From positions 5,093 to 69,092 of the forward strand of contig JAEDKA010000003.1 of assembly GCA_016296065.1 (NCBI GenBank): a stretch of DNA of 64,000 nucleotides, read 5' to 3'. The stretch's first letter is position 1. Each line of letters starts with the position of its first letter. Shown piece by piece: positions 34,382-43,060 of the stretch. The stretch comes from Kiritimatiellia bacterium (GTDB taxonomy: Bacteria > Verrucomicrobiota > Kiritimatiellia > RFP12 > UBA1067). The notes under the pieces are model-generated. The model had not been told where the DNA came from, did not search any database, and worked only from the letters and a program-made list of their open reading frames with translations. The position numbers were made by a program, and so were the translations under genes.

Positions 34382-36562
34382 TTACGTGGCGGGAGTTCCG
34401 CCTCCGGCGGGAGCCGTCGGGACAAGCACGCCGCCGCAGCTGCCGGGCTCGCCCGCAAAGAGGATCATCCCCTCCGAGACGCCGACCGACATCTTGCGCG
34501 GGGCGAGGTTCGCCACGAACACGACCTCCTTGCCGACAAGCACGGCGGGGTCGGGATATGCCTGGCGAATCCCCGAGAAAATCGTGCGCTTGCCGAGAGA
34601 ACCCGCGTCAAGCACGAACTTCAGCAGCTTCGAGCTCTTCGGCACGATCTCGCAGCTCTCGACGACGCCGACCCTGAAGTCAAGCTTCTCGAAGTCGGGG
34701 AACGCCACCTCGGGCTTTATGGCCGGCACTTCGCGGCTCGCAGCCGAGCCAGAATTGACGGCCGAACCAGATTTGATGGCCGAACCAGATTTGATGGCCG
34801 AACCAGATTTGATGGCCGAACTGTGTTCGGCCTGTCCTTTATTCTTGCTCGCCCTCGACTCGTGCGCCACCTCGCCGGAGTCGGCGGGCTTCACCGTCGC
34901 GGCGGCGACCATCGCCTCGACCTGCTTGGCGTCGATGCGGCTGGCGAGATACTCGTACTCGCCGAGCGAGACGCCCTCGACGGCCGTGTCGCGCGAGGCC
35001 CACGACCACTCCTTCTCGCCGAAGAGCTTCATCGCCTTGTCGGCGTAGACGGGGAGGATGGGCTTCAGGTAGATGGCGAGGATGCGGAAGGCGTTGAGCG
35101 CCGCGGTGAGCACGACGCGCGTCGCCTCCTCGTCGGTCTTCACGGTCTTCCACGGCTCCTTGCGGTCGAAATACTCGTTGGCAGCGTCGGCGAGGCGGCA
35201 GATTCCGACGACGACCTGGTTGAAACGGCGGTTCTCGTAGTCCTGCGCGATCTGCTCTCCGCCGTCGCGCAGCTTCTGGAGAAGCGCGAGCTCCTCGTCG
35301 TGCCCGGCGAGCGTCGCGAGCGTGCCGCCGAGCTTCTTCTGCAGCATCTGCGCGGAGCGGGACGCGATGTTCGTAATCTTGCCGACGAGATCGGAGTTTA
35401 CGCGTGTCACGAAGTCCGTGAGGCTGAGGTCCATGTCGTCGGTCGTGCCGCCGAGCTTCGCCGCGTAGTAGTAGCGCAGCGCCTCCGGCGGAAGATGGTC
35501 GAGGTACGTGCGCGCGTTGACGAATGTTCCCTTAGACTTCGACATCTTCTCCCCGTTGACGGTGAGAAAGCCGTGGACGAAGATCTTGTCGGGCTGGTCG
35601 AACCCGGCGACGTGCAGCATGCCGGGCCAGAACAGGCAGTGGAAGCGGATGATGTCCTTGCCGATGAAGTGGTAATGCTCCACCTTGGGCTGGGGTTCGG
35701 CGCCGCAAGAGGCCCCGTCCGTTGTCCCCCACCAGTCCTCGAACTTCTGTCCGTTCCTCTCGCACCAGTTGCGGAGCGAGGCGAGGTATCCGATGGGCGC
35801 GTCGACCCAGACGTAGAAGAACTTGCCGGGGTATCCCGGGATCTCGAAGCCGAAGTACGGCGCGTCGCGCGAGATGCACCATCCGCGCAGGGGCTCCTTG
35901 AACCACTCGAGGAGCTTGTTCGAGACGTCGCTCGTCGTGTGCTCGGGGATCCACTTCTCGAGGTAGTCGTGCTGAGGCTCGAGCTCGAAGTAGAGATGCT
36001 CCGAGTCCTTCACGACCGGCGTGGAGCCGCACGTCGTGCACCTGGGGCTGCCGAGCTCCTCGGCGCCGTACGTGGAGCCGCAGTGGTCGCAGCTGTCGCC
36101 GTACTGGTTCTCCGCGCCGCACTTCGGGCAGACGCCCTTCACGAAGCGGTCGGGGAGGAACATCCTGCAGTGCTCGCAGTAGAGCTGCGGCGAGGTCTTC
36201 TTCGTGATGCCGCCCGACTTCTCCATCGCGGCGAAGAACTGCTCGGAGAACGCCTTGTTCTCGGGCGAGTTCGTCGTGTAGTAGTTGTCGAACGAGACCT
36301 GGAAGTCGGTGAAGTCCTTGAGGTGGATCGCGTGCATGCGCGCGATGAGGTCCTCCGGCGCAATCCCCTCCTTGCGCGCGCGGAGCATCACGGGCGTGCC
36401 GTGCGTGTCGTCCGCGCAGACATAGACGCAGTCGTTGCCGCGCAGCTTCTGGAACCTGACCCAGAAGTCGGTCTGAAGGTACTCGACGAGATGGCCGAGG
36501 TGGATGTCTCCGTTCGCGTACGGAAGCGCGCTTGTAACTACAATTCTTCTTTTTTCTGACAT
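34382..36562 (-). CDS. metG: methionyl-tRNA synthetase with C-terminal tRNA-binding domain
   Basis: ALPYANGDIHLGHL (HIGH) and KMSKS. Start trimmed to MSEKRRIVVT at 36562. Confidence 0.95.
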   Translation of the reverse strand: MSEKRRIVVTSALPYANGDIHLGHLVEYLQTDFWVRFQKLRGNDCVYVCADDTHGTPVMLRARKEGIAPEDLIARMHAIHLKDFTDFQVSFDNYYTTNSPENKAFSEQFFAAMEKSGGITKKTSPQLYCEHCRMFLPDRFVKGVCPKCGAENQYGDSCDHCGSTYGAEELGSPRCTTCGSTPVVKDSEHLYFELEPQHDYLEKWIPEHTTSDVSNKLLEWFKEPLRGWCISRDAPYFGFEIPGYPGKFFYVWVDAPIGYLASLRNWCERNGQKFEDWWGTTDGASCGAEPQPKVEHYHFIGKDIIRFHCLFWPGMLHVAGFDQPDKIFVHGFLTVNGEKMSKSKGTFVNARTYLDHLPPEALRYYYAAKLGGTTDDMDLSLTDFVTRVNSDLVGKITNIASRSAQMLQKKLGGTLATLAGHDEELALLQKLRDGGEQIAQDYENRRFNQVVVGICRLADAANEYFDRKEPWKTVKTDEEATRVVLTAALNAFRILAIYLKPILPVYADKAMKLFGEKEWSWASRDTAVEGVSLGEYEYLASRIDAKQVEAMVAAATVKPADSGEVAHESRASKNKGQAEHSSAIKSGSAIKSGSAIKSGSAVNSGSAASREVPAIKPEVAFPDFEKLDFRVGVVESCEIVPKSSKLLKFVLDAGSLGKRTIFSGIRQAYPDPAVLVGKEVVFVANLAPRKMSVGVSEGMILFAGEPGSCGGVLVPTAPAGGGTPAT
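34743..34832. repeat. 18-bp tandem repeat (about 4.5 copies of GCCGAACCAGATTTGATG) in the metG linker
   Basis: Units lie at 34743, 34761, 34779 and 34797, with a partial unit at 34815. They encode (SGSAIK)n between the catalytic core and the tRNA-binding domain. Confidence 0.9.
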
Positions 36563-36572
36563 ATCGCCGCCT

Positions 36573-36581
36573 ATTATAGCA
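36573..36581 (-). promoter_or_regulatory. extended -10 TGCTATAAT, 10 nt from the metG ATG
   Basis: Minus strand reads ATATGCTATAAT-AGGCGGCGAT-ATG, with no SD. Confidence 0.5.
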
Positions 36582-36622
36582 TATTGAGGGGACAAATTGT
36601 TGTGCGATCACTGCGCTTTCGG

Positions 36623-37255
36623 TCAGCCGATAGGCATCGCTGGGTTGCCAAGGACCGTTATACCGGGATCAACGTCTACAAATACCGCAGAACCAGCTCC
36701 GACAACAGATGAGGCGCCGACCTTCCTGCGCGGGGCCACGACGGAGCCAGGATATACTACCGCGCCCTCGCCAAGGATTACGGAACCGCCGATGGAGCAC
36801 TGCGCGTAGACGTGCGAAAAGTCGCCGAGACGGGAGTCGTGTCCGACGGAACTCGAGTGGAACACCGAGACATGACGGCCAACCGAGACGTCCGCCGTCA
36901 GCGAAACGTGCGGCGCGATAAACGAGCCTTCGCCTATCGTCACGTTCGGACCAATCGTCGCGGTGCGGTGCACTATCGCGACAAACCTTGCTCCGCGCGA
37001 CTCCAGCTTCTCCGCGCACCTGCGGCGCGACTCGATGTTGCCGAGCGCCGTGACGAACACGTCGTCCTCGGCGATTTCGTATCCGTCTGGCGAACCGATC
37101 ACCGTGGGATACCCGGCAAACCGCGCAAGCGCATCAGGCTTCGCGTCGAGAAACCCCTTAACGTCGAATTCCACGCCGTATCCGACCGACTCCAGAGCCG
37201 CGCCGTACATCTCGCGTCCGAATCCGCCGGCGCCGACTATCACTAGATGCTTCAC
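36623..37255 (-). CDS. NeuD/PglD-like hexapeptide-repeat sugar acyl/acetyltransferase
   Basis: (GTG)KHLVIVGAGGFGREM Rossmann-like N-domain plus left-handed beta-helix repeats. The GTG start overlaps the upstream stop (GTGA). Confidence 0.7.
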   Translation of the reverse strand: MKHLVIVGAGGFGREMYGAALESVGYGVEFDVKGFLDAKPDALARFAGYPTVIGSPDGYEIAEDDVFVTALGNIESRRRCAEKLESRGARFVAIVHRTATIGPNVTIGEGSFIAPHVSLTADVSVGRHVSVFHSSSVGHDSRLGDFSHVYAQCSIGGSVILGEGAVVYPGSVVAPRRKVGASSVVGAGSAVFVDVDPGITVLGNPAMPIG

Positions 37256-37473
37256 TGCGCAACCCCCGCCGCCTTCATGAGGTCGGCGACTGTCCTGCAC
37301 GATTCGATATCCGCACCGGAAAGCCGCCTGCCGCAGCGCTGGTCGATCATGACGCGGAGCGCGAAAGCCGTAAGCGAATCCCACAGCGGACCGGCTCGGA
37401 AGTCGGTCTCGGGTGTCACGGAGGGGACTTCAAGCAGTCCTGCCGTCCGGTCGAGGAATTCGTTCGCGTCCAT
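37252..37473 (-). CDS. acyl carrier protein-like (73 aa)
   Basis: GPLWDSLTAFALRVMID contains the DSL phosphopantetheine-attachment motif. It lies 2 nt downstream of proB. Confidence 0.6.
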   Translation of the reverse strand: MDANEFLDRTAGLLEVPSVTPETDFRAGPLWDSLTAFALRVMIDQRCGRRLSGADIESCRTVADLMKAAGVAQ

Positions 37474-37475
37474 GG

Positions 37476-38234
37476 CTAGAGAGCGGCACCGGGGAAGAAC
37501 GTGCCGACGGACTTTCCGCCGAGGAGCGACTCGAGCACGCGCTTCCTGCCGTTGGCGATGAAAGTGTCGATTCCAGCGCCGACGGATGCCTTGACGGCGC
37601 GCAGCTTGGAGTCCATGCCGCCCTTGGAGAGGCTGCCCTTCTCGCCGGCCCTCACGAGCTTCGCGATGTTGCGGAAGGAATCAACCCGCGGAATTCGGCG
37701 GCCCTTCGCGTCGAGAAGTCCGTCTACGGTCGTGAGCAGCACGAGCGTGTCGGCCTTTACGAGGCGGGCGATGAGATACGACATCCAGTCGTTGTCGCCG
37801 AACGTCTTCCCCTTGAGCTCCTCGTCCGCCACGACGTCGTTCTCGTTGATTACGGGGACGATCCCGCACCTGACGAGATGGTCGAGCGACTTCTTCACAT
37901 TCTGCGCGCGGTGGTGGTCCTCGAAATCGTAGTGCGTGAGAAGAATCTGCCCGATCTTCACGCCGTGCTCCGCGAAGAGGCGCTCGTACTCGTATATGAA
38001 GCGGGCCTGGCCTACGGCGGCGCACATCTGGACGTCGTTGACGTCAGCAGGGCGCGCCTTGAGCCCAAGGGCCTCGATTCCGGCGGCTACAGCGCCGGAG
38101 GAGACGAAGAACACCTCGTGCCCCGCCTTGCGCAGTGCGCTGAGCTGTGCGACGAGCCGCTTGAGCGCCGCATGGTCGGGTTTTCCGGCCTTGTTCGCGA
38201 TCGCGTGGGTACCGACTTTGACTACGATTCTCAT
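37476..38234 (-). CDS. proB: glutamate 5-kinase (short form, no PUA domain)
   Basis: MRIVVKVGTHAI, FFVSSGAVAAG and VPVINENDVV. Confidence 0.85.
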   Translation of the reverse strand: MRIVVKVGTHAIANKAGKPDHAALKRLVAQLSALRKAGHEVFFVSSGAVAAGIEALGLKARPADVNDVQMCAAVGQARFIYEYERLFAEHGVKIGQILLTHYDFEDHHRAQNVKKSLDHLVRCGIVPVINENDVVADEELKGKTFGDNDWMSYLIARLVKADTLVLLTTVDGLLDAKGRRIPRVDSFRNIAKLVRAGEKGSLSKGGMDSKLRAVKASVGAGIDTFIANGRKRVLESLLGGKSVGTFFPGAAL

Positions 38235-38245
38235 AAGTGGTGAAT

Positions 38246-38254
38246 ATTATACCA
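38246..38254 (-). promoter_or_regulatory. extended -10 TGGTATAAT, 11 nt from the proB ATG
   Basis: Minus strand reads ATATGGTATAAT-ATTCACCACTT-ATG. Confidence 0.5.
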
Positions 38255-38264
38255 TATCGCGGAC

Positions 38265-38909
38265 TCAATCGGCGTCGCGGACGGCGTCGAGCAGATCCTC
38301 GACCATCACGAAGCGCCCCTTGACCCGGCAGGTCACGATGCGGCCGATGAGCGCGCTTTCTATGTCAGAAATGCAGACTCCGTCCTTGCGGTCACGGAGG
38401 ATGCGCATGAGGTCTCGTCCGGTGACGCGGTACTTCTGCTCCTTGCGCGGGACGAAGAGGTCCGTGATGCGGACAAGCACCGTCACGAGCGGACGCAGCG
38501 CAACCGACAGTACGCGGTACGTCCTCGCCATCTGCAACGTCCGGCGAAGCGGCCTTGCCGCGCACAGCATCTTCGGCATGAACTCGGAGACATACAGGAC
38601 GACGAACGCCGACGCAACGCTCCATACCGCATTGCCAACGCGCGTAGGACCCAGCACCTCGAGCGCCAGCGCGGCGGATGCCGAGGAGTAGGCGACGGCC
38701 GCGAGGTTGTTTCCGATAAGAAGCGTCGTAAGCGTGCGCGACATCTCCGAGAGCGCCGCCTGCACCAACTTCGCCTTCTTCCCGCCCGCGCGGGAGAGGT
38801 GCAGCACGCGCTCGCGGCTCACGGAGAGGAAGCCCGTCTCCGCGCCCGCGCAGAACGCCGCAGTCGCCAGGGCCGCAAGCGCGGCAAGCAGCAGGAAGAA
38901 CGCCGTCAT
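38265..38909 (-). CDS. DUF21/CNNM transmembrane-domain protein (truncated paralog)
   Basis: GAETGFLSVSRERV and TLLIGNNLAAV motifs. It lacks the full CBS pair and CorC domain. ATGA overlap with the upstream gene. Confidence 0.6.
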   Translation of the reverse strand: MTAFFLLLAALAALATAAFCAGAETGFLSVSRERVLHLSRAGGKKAKLVQAALSEMSRTLTTLLIGNNLAAVAYSSASAALALEVLGPTRVGNAVWSVASAFVVLYVSEFMPKMLCAARPLRRTLQMARTYRVLSVALRPLVTVLVRITDLFVPRKEQKYRVTGRDLMRILRDRKDGVCISDIESALIGRIVTCRVKGRFVMVEDLLDAVRDAD

Positions 38910-40165
38910 GCGTCGTCCTCCTCAGTCCGCTCCACTGCGGCGTCCGTTTCCTCCATAAGCTCCTCGTCGGACGCAGCCGGCGTCCGCGAAAGCACCTCGA
39001 ACCTGACGAGCGTAACGCGCCGACCGCGGCGTTTCAGCACCGTTGCGCGGCATCCGTCCGCCTCGATTTCCTGTCCAACGTGAGGAATGCGCTCAGCATG
39101 GTAAGTGACCCATCCTGAAAGCCTGTCGGCATCCTCCGCCTCGAGTTCCACGTCCAGCTCGCGGTTGACCTCGTCGAGGCTGGCGCGCGCGTCTATCTCC
39201 CAGACGTTCTCGCCCTTCTTCGCGATCACGGGCTCCGCGCCCTGCGCGTCGCCGAACACCTTCGGACCCATTATAAGCTCCAGGACGTCGTTGAGCGCGA
39301 TTATGCCAGCCGTGCCGCCGTATTCGTCCAGAACGACGGCGAGGCGCTTTCCGCTCTTCGCGAACACCACGAAGAGATCGTCAAGGGTCATATTCTCCGG
39401 AACGAAAAGCGCATCCTCTCGCTCGCGTGTCTTCGAATTGACGACACCCTCTATCGCATCCGGAGTGCGGCGGAACACGGGAAGGATCGTGTGCGTCGCC
39501 TTCGAAAGCGCCGCCTCGCGCGCCTCCTCCGGAAGGTCGAGGTCGTATCCCTCTATGTCCACTCGTGGCGTCATCTCGTCATTCGCGTGGAGCTCCGAAA
39601 GCCTGAGCACGCCCTCTATCATCTCCACGTCGACTGAAAGCGAATCGTCGCTTTCCGCAGCGGATTCCAGCACGGACATAAGCTCCTCGTCGGAAAGAGC
39701 GCGCCTTTCGCGCTCAAGCGCCGGCGCGAAGGCCTGCGACGTGAAGCTGAGCGCGCGGTTGAAGGGCCTCAGGACAAAGCGCCAGAACGCGAGCAGCCTC
39801 GCGCAGAGCGGCGCAAGCTCCTCGCAGTACCGTAGCGCAAGCCGCTTCGGCGTAATCTCGCCGAAGACGAGCAGCAGCACCGTCATAGACGGCACGGCTA
39901 GCCAGGCTCCGCACGGGACGTACGCGCGGAACGCGTGGAACCCGATGGTGGAGATGGCAAAGTTTACTAGCGTGTTGCCGACGAGAAGCGTGGAAAACAG
40001 CACGGCCTTGTCGGCAAGGCATTTGGCGATGAGCGCGTCCGCGGAGGCGTTTTTCGCGCGAATCCTCTCGCGCTGCGCCCCCGTCAAAGAGAAGAGCACT
40101 GTCTCCGCTCCGGAAAAGAAGGCCGAGAGCAGAAACAGTGCCGGCAACGCAAGCAGCATCGCCAT
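38906..40165 (-). CDS. CNNM/CorC-HlyC family protein (DUF21 + CBS pair + CorC_HlyC)
   Basis: GAETVLFSL and TLLVGNTLVNF motifs, then a CBS region and a C-terminal transporter-associated domain. Confidence 0.75.
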   Translation of the reverse strand: MAMLLALPALFLLSAFFSGAETVLFSLTGAQRERIRAKNASADALIAKCLADKAVLFSTLLVGNTLVNFAISTIGFHAFRAYVPCGAWLAVPSMTVLLLVFGEITPKRLALRYCEELAPLCARLLAFWRFVLRPFNRALSFTSQAFAPALERERRALSDEELMSVLESAAESDDSLSVDVEMIEGVLRLSELHANDEMTPRVDIEGYDLDLPEEAREAALSKATHTILPVFRRTPDAIEGVVNSKTREREDALFVPENMTLDDLFVVFAKSGKRLAVVLDEYGGTAGIIALNDVLELIMGPKVFGDAQGAEPVIAKKGENVWEIDARASLDEVNRELDVELEAEDADRLSGWVTYHAERIPHVGQEIEADGCRATVLKRRGRRVTLVRFEVLSRTPAASDEELMEETDAAVERTEEDDA

Positions 40166-40174
40166 GCGTCAGTC

Positions 40175-41008
40175 TTAGGCGCCGAGCTGGAGGCGCGCGA
40201 AGCGCTTCACCGTTATCGGAGCGCCGATCTCCTTGGCGACGGACGCAAGGTACTGCTCGACCGTCTGCTCGCCGTCAGCGACGTAGTCCTGCTTGACGAG
40301 GCAGATCTGGGTGCAGAACTTCTGGGCCATGCCCTTCTTGATTCCGACGAGAGCCTGCTCGGGCGGAAGCTTCCCCTTCTGCTCCTTGAGGGCGTTGAGC
40401 TTGATCTCGATCTCCGCGTCGATCTCGGACTGCGGAACGTCCTCGGGGTTGACGTACTTCGGCGCGTTAGCCGCGACCTGGAGGCACACCATGTGCGCCG
40501 CCTCGTCGAGCTTCTCGCAGGGCTTGTCGCACGCGAGCTCCACGAGCACGCCGATCTTGCCGCCCATGTGGATGTAGCCGGAGAGGCACCCCGCACCCTC
40601 GAGCACATAGCGCTCGCTGCGGCGGATCTTCACGTTCTCGCCCGTCTTGGTGAGGAGCATCTTGTAGTCGTCGTTGAGCGTCTGCTCGATGTCCTTGCCC
40701 TGAAGAGCGACCTTGGCCGCGTCGTCGACGAACTTGATGAACGCCTCGGTCTTCGCGACGAAGTCGGTCTCGCAGTTGATCTCCGCAAGCGCCATCGACT
40801 TCTTGTCGTCCGCGACGGCAAGAGCGACGATGCCCTGCTTCGACTCCTTGTCGACGCGCTTGGCGGCGACGGCGAGTCCCTTCTCGCGGAGATACTTGAC
40901 GGCCTCCTCCATGTTGCCGTTGGTGGCCGTAAGGGCCTCCTTGCACGCTCCCATTCCGGCGGCGGTCGCCTCGCGGAGCTCCTTGATCTGCTGAATAGTG
41001 ATTGCCAT
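40175..41008 (-). CDS. tsf: elongation factor Ts
   Basis: MAITIQQIKELREATAAGMGACKEAL is the UBA-like N-terminus. 277 aa. Confidence 0.95.
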   Translation of the reverse strand: MAITIQQIKELREATAAGMGACKEALTATNGNMEEAVKYLREKGLAVAAKRVDKESKQGIVALAVADDKKSMALAEINCETDFVAKTEAFIKFVDDAAKVALQGKDIEQTLNDDYKMLLTKTGENVKIRRSERYVLEGAGCLSGYIHMGGKIGVLVELACDKPCEKLDEAAHMVCLQVAANAPKYVNPEDVPQSEIDAEIEIKLNALKEQKGKLPPEQALVGIKKGMAQKFCTQICLVKQDYVADGEQTVEQYLASVAKEIGAPITVKRFARLQLGA

Positions 41009-41044
41009 TGTTTTAAACCTTTCTGTTCCTTGCTGAAGGGGTTC

Positions 41045-41064
41045 GGGGGAACCGGGGTTCCCCC
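41045..41064 (-). other. GC hairpin between rpsB and tsf
   Basis: GGGGGAAC-CGGG-GTTCCCCC has an 8-bp stem and no U tract. It may be a processing or attenuation structure. Confidence 0.4.
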
Positions 41065-41077
41065 GTCCGTTCCAATG

Positions 41078-42091
41078 TTACTCGGCCTTCGGCGCCTCGG
41101 CAGCGGGAGCGGCCTCGGCGGCAACGGCGGCCTCAGCCTCTGCAACCTTGGCCTGGCGCTTCGCGGCGAGATCGGCCTTCGCCTTGCTCTCGGCGGCCTC
41201 CTTGGCGGCGCGCGCGGCCTTCTTGACGTCGGCGGTCACTCCGCCCTTCTTGGCGGCGGGAGCGCCCGCGGGCTTCTTGGACACAGCCTTGGCCCTGCGC
41301 TCTGCGCGGGCTGCCTTCTCGGCCTCGGCGCGCGTCTTGCTCTCCTGCTCGCGCTTGCGGCTCTCCTCGGCGGCCTTGGCGCTGTACTCCTCGTTGGCGC
41401 CCTTGATGACCTTCGTGAGGGCGTTGATGATGAGCTCGACGCCGCGGACGGAATCGTCGTTGCCGGGGATGACGTAGTCGATCGGCTCCGGATCGGCGTT
41501 CGTGTCGACGATCGCGACGACCGGGATGTGGAGACGCACAGCCTCCTTGACCGCATTGGCCTCGCGAACGACGTCAACGATGACGACTGCACCCGGAAGC
41601 TCAGCCATGTCGGCGACGCCGGTGAGGTTCTTCTCGAGCTTGGCGAGCTCGCGGCGAAGCACCGAGGCCTCCTGCTTGTGCTGGGAGAGTTCGCCGCCGT
41701 TCGCCTTCGCCGTGGCCTGCAGCTGGCGCATGCGCTTGACGGAGGAGCGGATCGTCTTCGCGTTCGTGAGCGTGCCGCCGAGCCAGCGCTCGGTCATGTG
41801 GTACTGCTCGACTGACTCCGCAGCGTTCTTGACGATTTCGGAGACCTGCTTCTTCGTCGCGACGAAGAGGACCTTCTTGCCGGCAAGGATCGTGTTCTTG
41901 AGGAACTCTGCCGCCTCGTCGAGAAGAGCGACGGACTGCGTGAGGTCGATGACATGGATTCCGTTGCGCTTGTCGAAGATGTATCCTTTCATCTTCGGAT
42001 TCCAGCGCTTCGTCTGATGACCGAAGTGAAGGCCGGCATCAAACATGTCCTTGAGCGTGATGCCCGTGAGGGCGGACGTAGGCATTTCCAT
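41078..42091 (-). CDS. rpsB: 30S ribosomal protein S2 with ~90-aa Lys/Ala/Glu-rich C-terminal tail
   Basis: GLHFGHQTKRWNPKM and VVIVDVVREANAVKEA. Confidence 0.95.
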   Translation of the reverse strand: MEMPTSALTGITLKDMFDAGLHFGHQTKRWNPKMKGYIFDKRNGIHVIDLTQSVALLDEAAEFLKNTILAGKKVLFVATKKQVSEIVKNAAESVEQYHMTERWLGGTLTNAKTIRSSVKRMRQLQATAKANGGELSQHKQEASVLRRELAKLEKNLTGVADMAELPGAVVIVDVVREANAVKEAVRLHIPVVAIVDTNADPEPIDYVIPGNDDSVRGVELIINALTKVIKGANEEYSAKAAEESRKREQESKTRAEAEKAARAERRAKAVSKKPAGAPAAKKGGVTADVKKAARAAKEAAESKAKADLAAKRQAKVAEAEAAVAAEAAPAAEAPKAE

Positions 42092-42201
42092 TTTGTTTTC
42101 TCCTTTAATCCTTGTTTTTTAGAGATTAATCCGCTTTGGCCGAGGATGGACTACCCCTGCTCATTCGCTTCATCCCGCCCACCGTGGGCAGAATGGCGGA
42201 T

Positions 42202-42210
42202 AGTATACCA
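42202..42210 (-). promoter_or_regulatory. extended -10 TGGTATACT of rpsB (about 110-nt leader, canonical SD)
   Basis: Minus strand reads TTTTTGGTATACT, then a GC-rich leader, then AAAGGAGAAAACAAAATG. Confidence 0.45.
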
Positions 42211-42246
42211 AAAACGCCGGCACCTGCGCAAGGGGGCGTCGTTTTT

Positions 42247-42255
42247 TGGTATAAT
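42247..42255 (+). promoter_or_regulatory. extended -10 TGGTATAAT of the lipoprotein gene
   Basis: It is divergent from the rpsB promoter and gives a ~60-nt leader. Confidence 0.45.
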
Positions 42256-42319
42256 GTTGTCAGAAAGCAGTCGAGGCAGTCCCTAACTTTGCGTCGGCAG
42301 ACAGAAAGGCAGGTATCAT

Positions 42320-43060
42320 ATGAACAACAGGAACGACAAAACCATCGCGGTCGTGGCCGCAGCACTTGCGGCATGCGCGCTCACTGGCTGCAGGAGCTAT
42401 CCGCCCACAATGCGCAGCTCGAGCTATGTTACCTATCCCACCTCGTCTACAACCTATGTCTCGCCCGCCTCGTACGCACCGACCTATGTCGCGGAGCCGG
42501 GCGTGACCACCTCGACATACGTGACGGAACCCGTCGCCGTCGGCACTTCCACGACCTACGTTGAATCCTACTACAACGACCCCTACTACTATGGCCCCGG
42601 TTATTACGGCCCTGTATACTACGACGGGGGCGTTCCCCCGCCGCGCCACCACCACCACGGCCGCGGACCTGAACACGGTTACGGGAGAGGCCCGGTGATG
42701 CCTCCGCGCGGAGCCGGCCCGGCGCGCGGTCCGTCTCCGCACTCGTCCGCCAACGCCGTTGCGCAGCGCGCCGCCGAAATCCAGAGGAACGCCGCCGCTC
42801 GCAAGATCGAAGCCGCCCGCCAGGGCGCGGCGATGCGGGCTAGCGCAGCCAGAAACGCAGCGGCAATGCAGGCTAGCGCAGCCAGAAACGCGGCAGCGGC
42901 GCGCAACGCGCAGGCCGCGCGGGGCGCACAGGCGGCCCAGGCCGCCGCAGCGCGCAATGCGGCGGCGGCAAGGAACGCCGCCGCAAGGAACGCCGCAGCC
43001 GCCAGAAACGCCGCGGCAGCAAGAAACGCCGCGGCAGCGCGCGGGATGCGCCGACGCTAG
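42320..43060 (+). CDS. low-complexity lipoprotein with (A)ARNAA repeats
   Basis: Lipobox AACALTGC, then a Tyr/Pro/Thr-rich region, HHHH, and a C-terminal array AARNAAAARNAA... Confidence 0.6.
   Translation: MNNRNDKTIAVVAAALAACALTGCRSYPPTMRSSSYVTYPTSSTTYVSPASYAPTYVAEPGVTTSTYVTEPVAVGTSTTYVESYYNDPYYYGPGYYGPVYYDGGVPPPRHHHHGRGPEHGYGRGPVMPPRGAGPARGPSPHSSANAVAQRAAEIQRNAAARKIEAARQGAAMRASAARNAAAMQASAARNAAAARNAQAARGAQAAQAAAARNAAAARNAAARNAAAARNAAAARNAAAARGMRRR

Noticed and set aside
10102-41815. Other long shadow ORFs: 10102..11670 +, 15231..17426 +, 17906..19102 +, 22015..23283 +, 28910..30232 +, 31247..32731 +, 34286..36559 +, 40493..41815 +, 15820..16881 -, 33069..34181 -, 35532..36611 -
   Set aside because: Each overlaps a gene with clear family motifs in another frame or strand. 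All have low-complexity R/A/P/G-rich translations with no start context.
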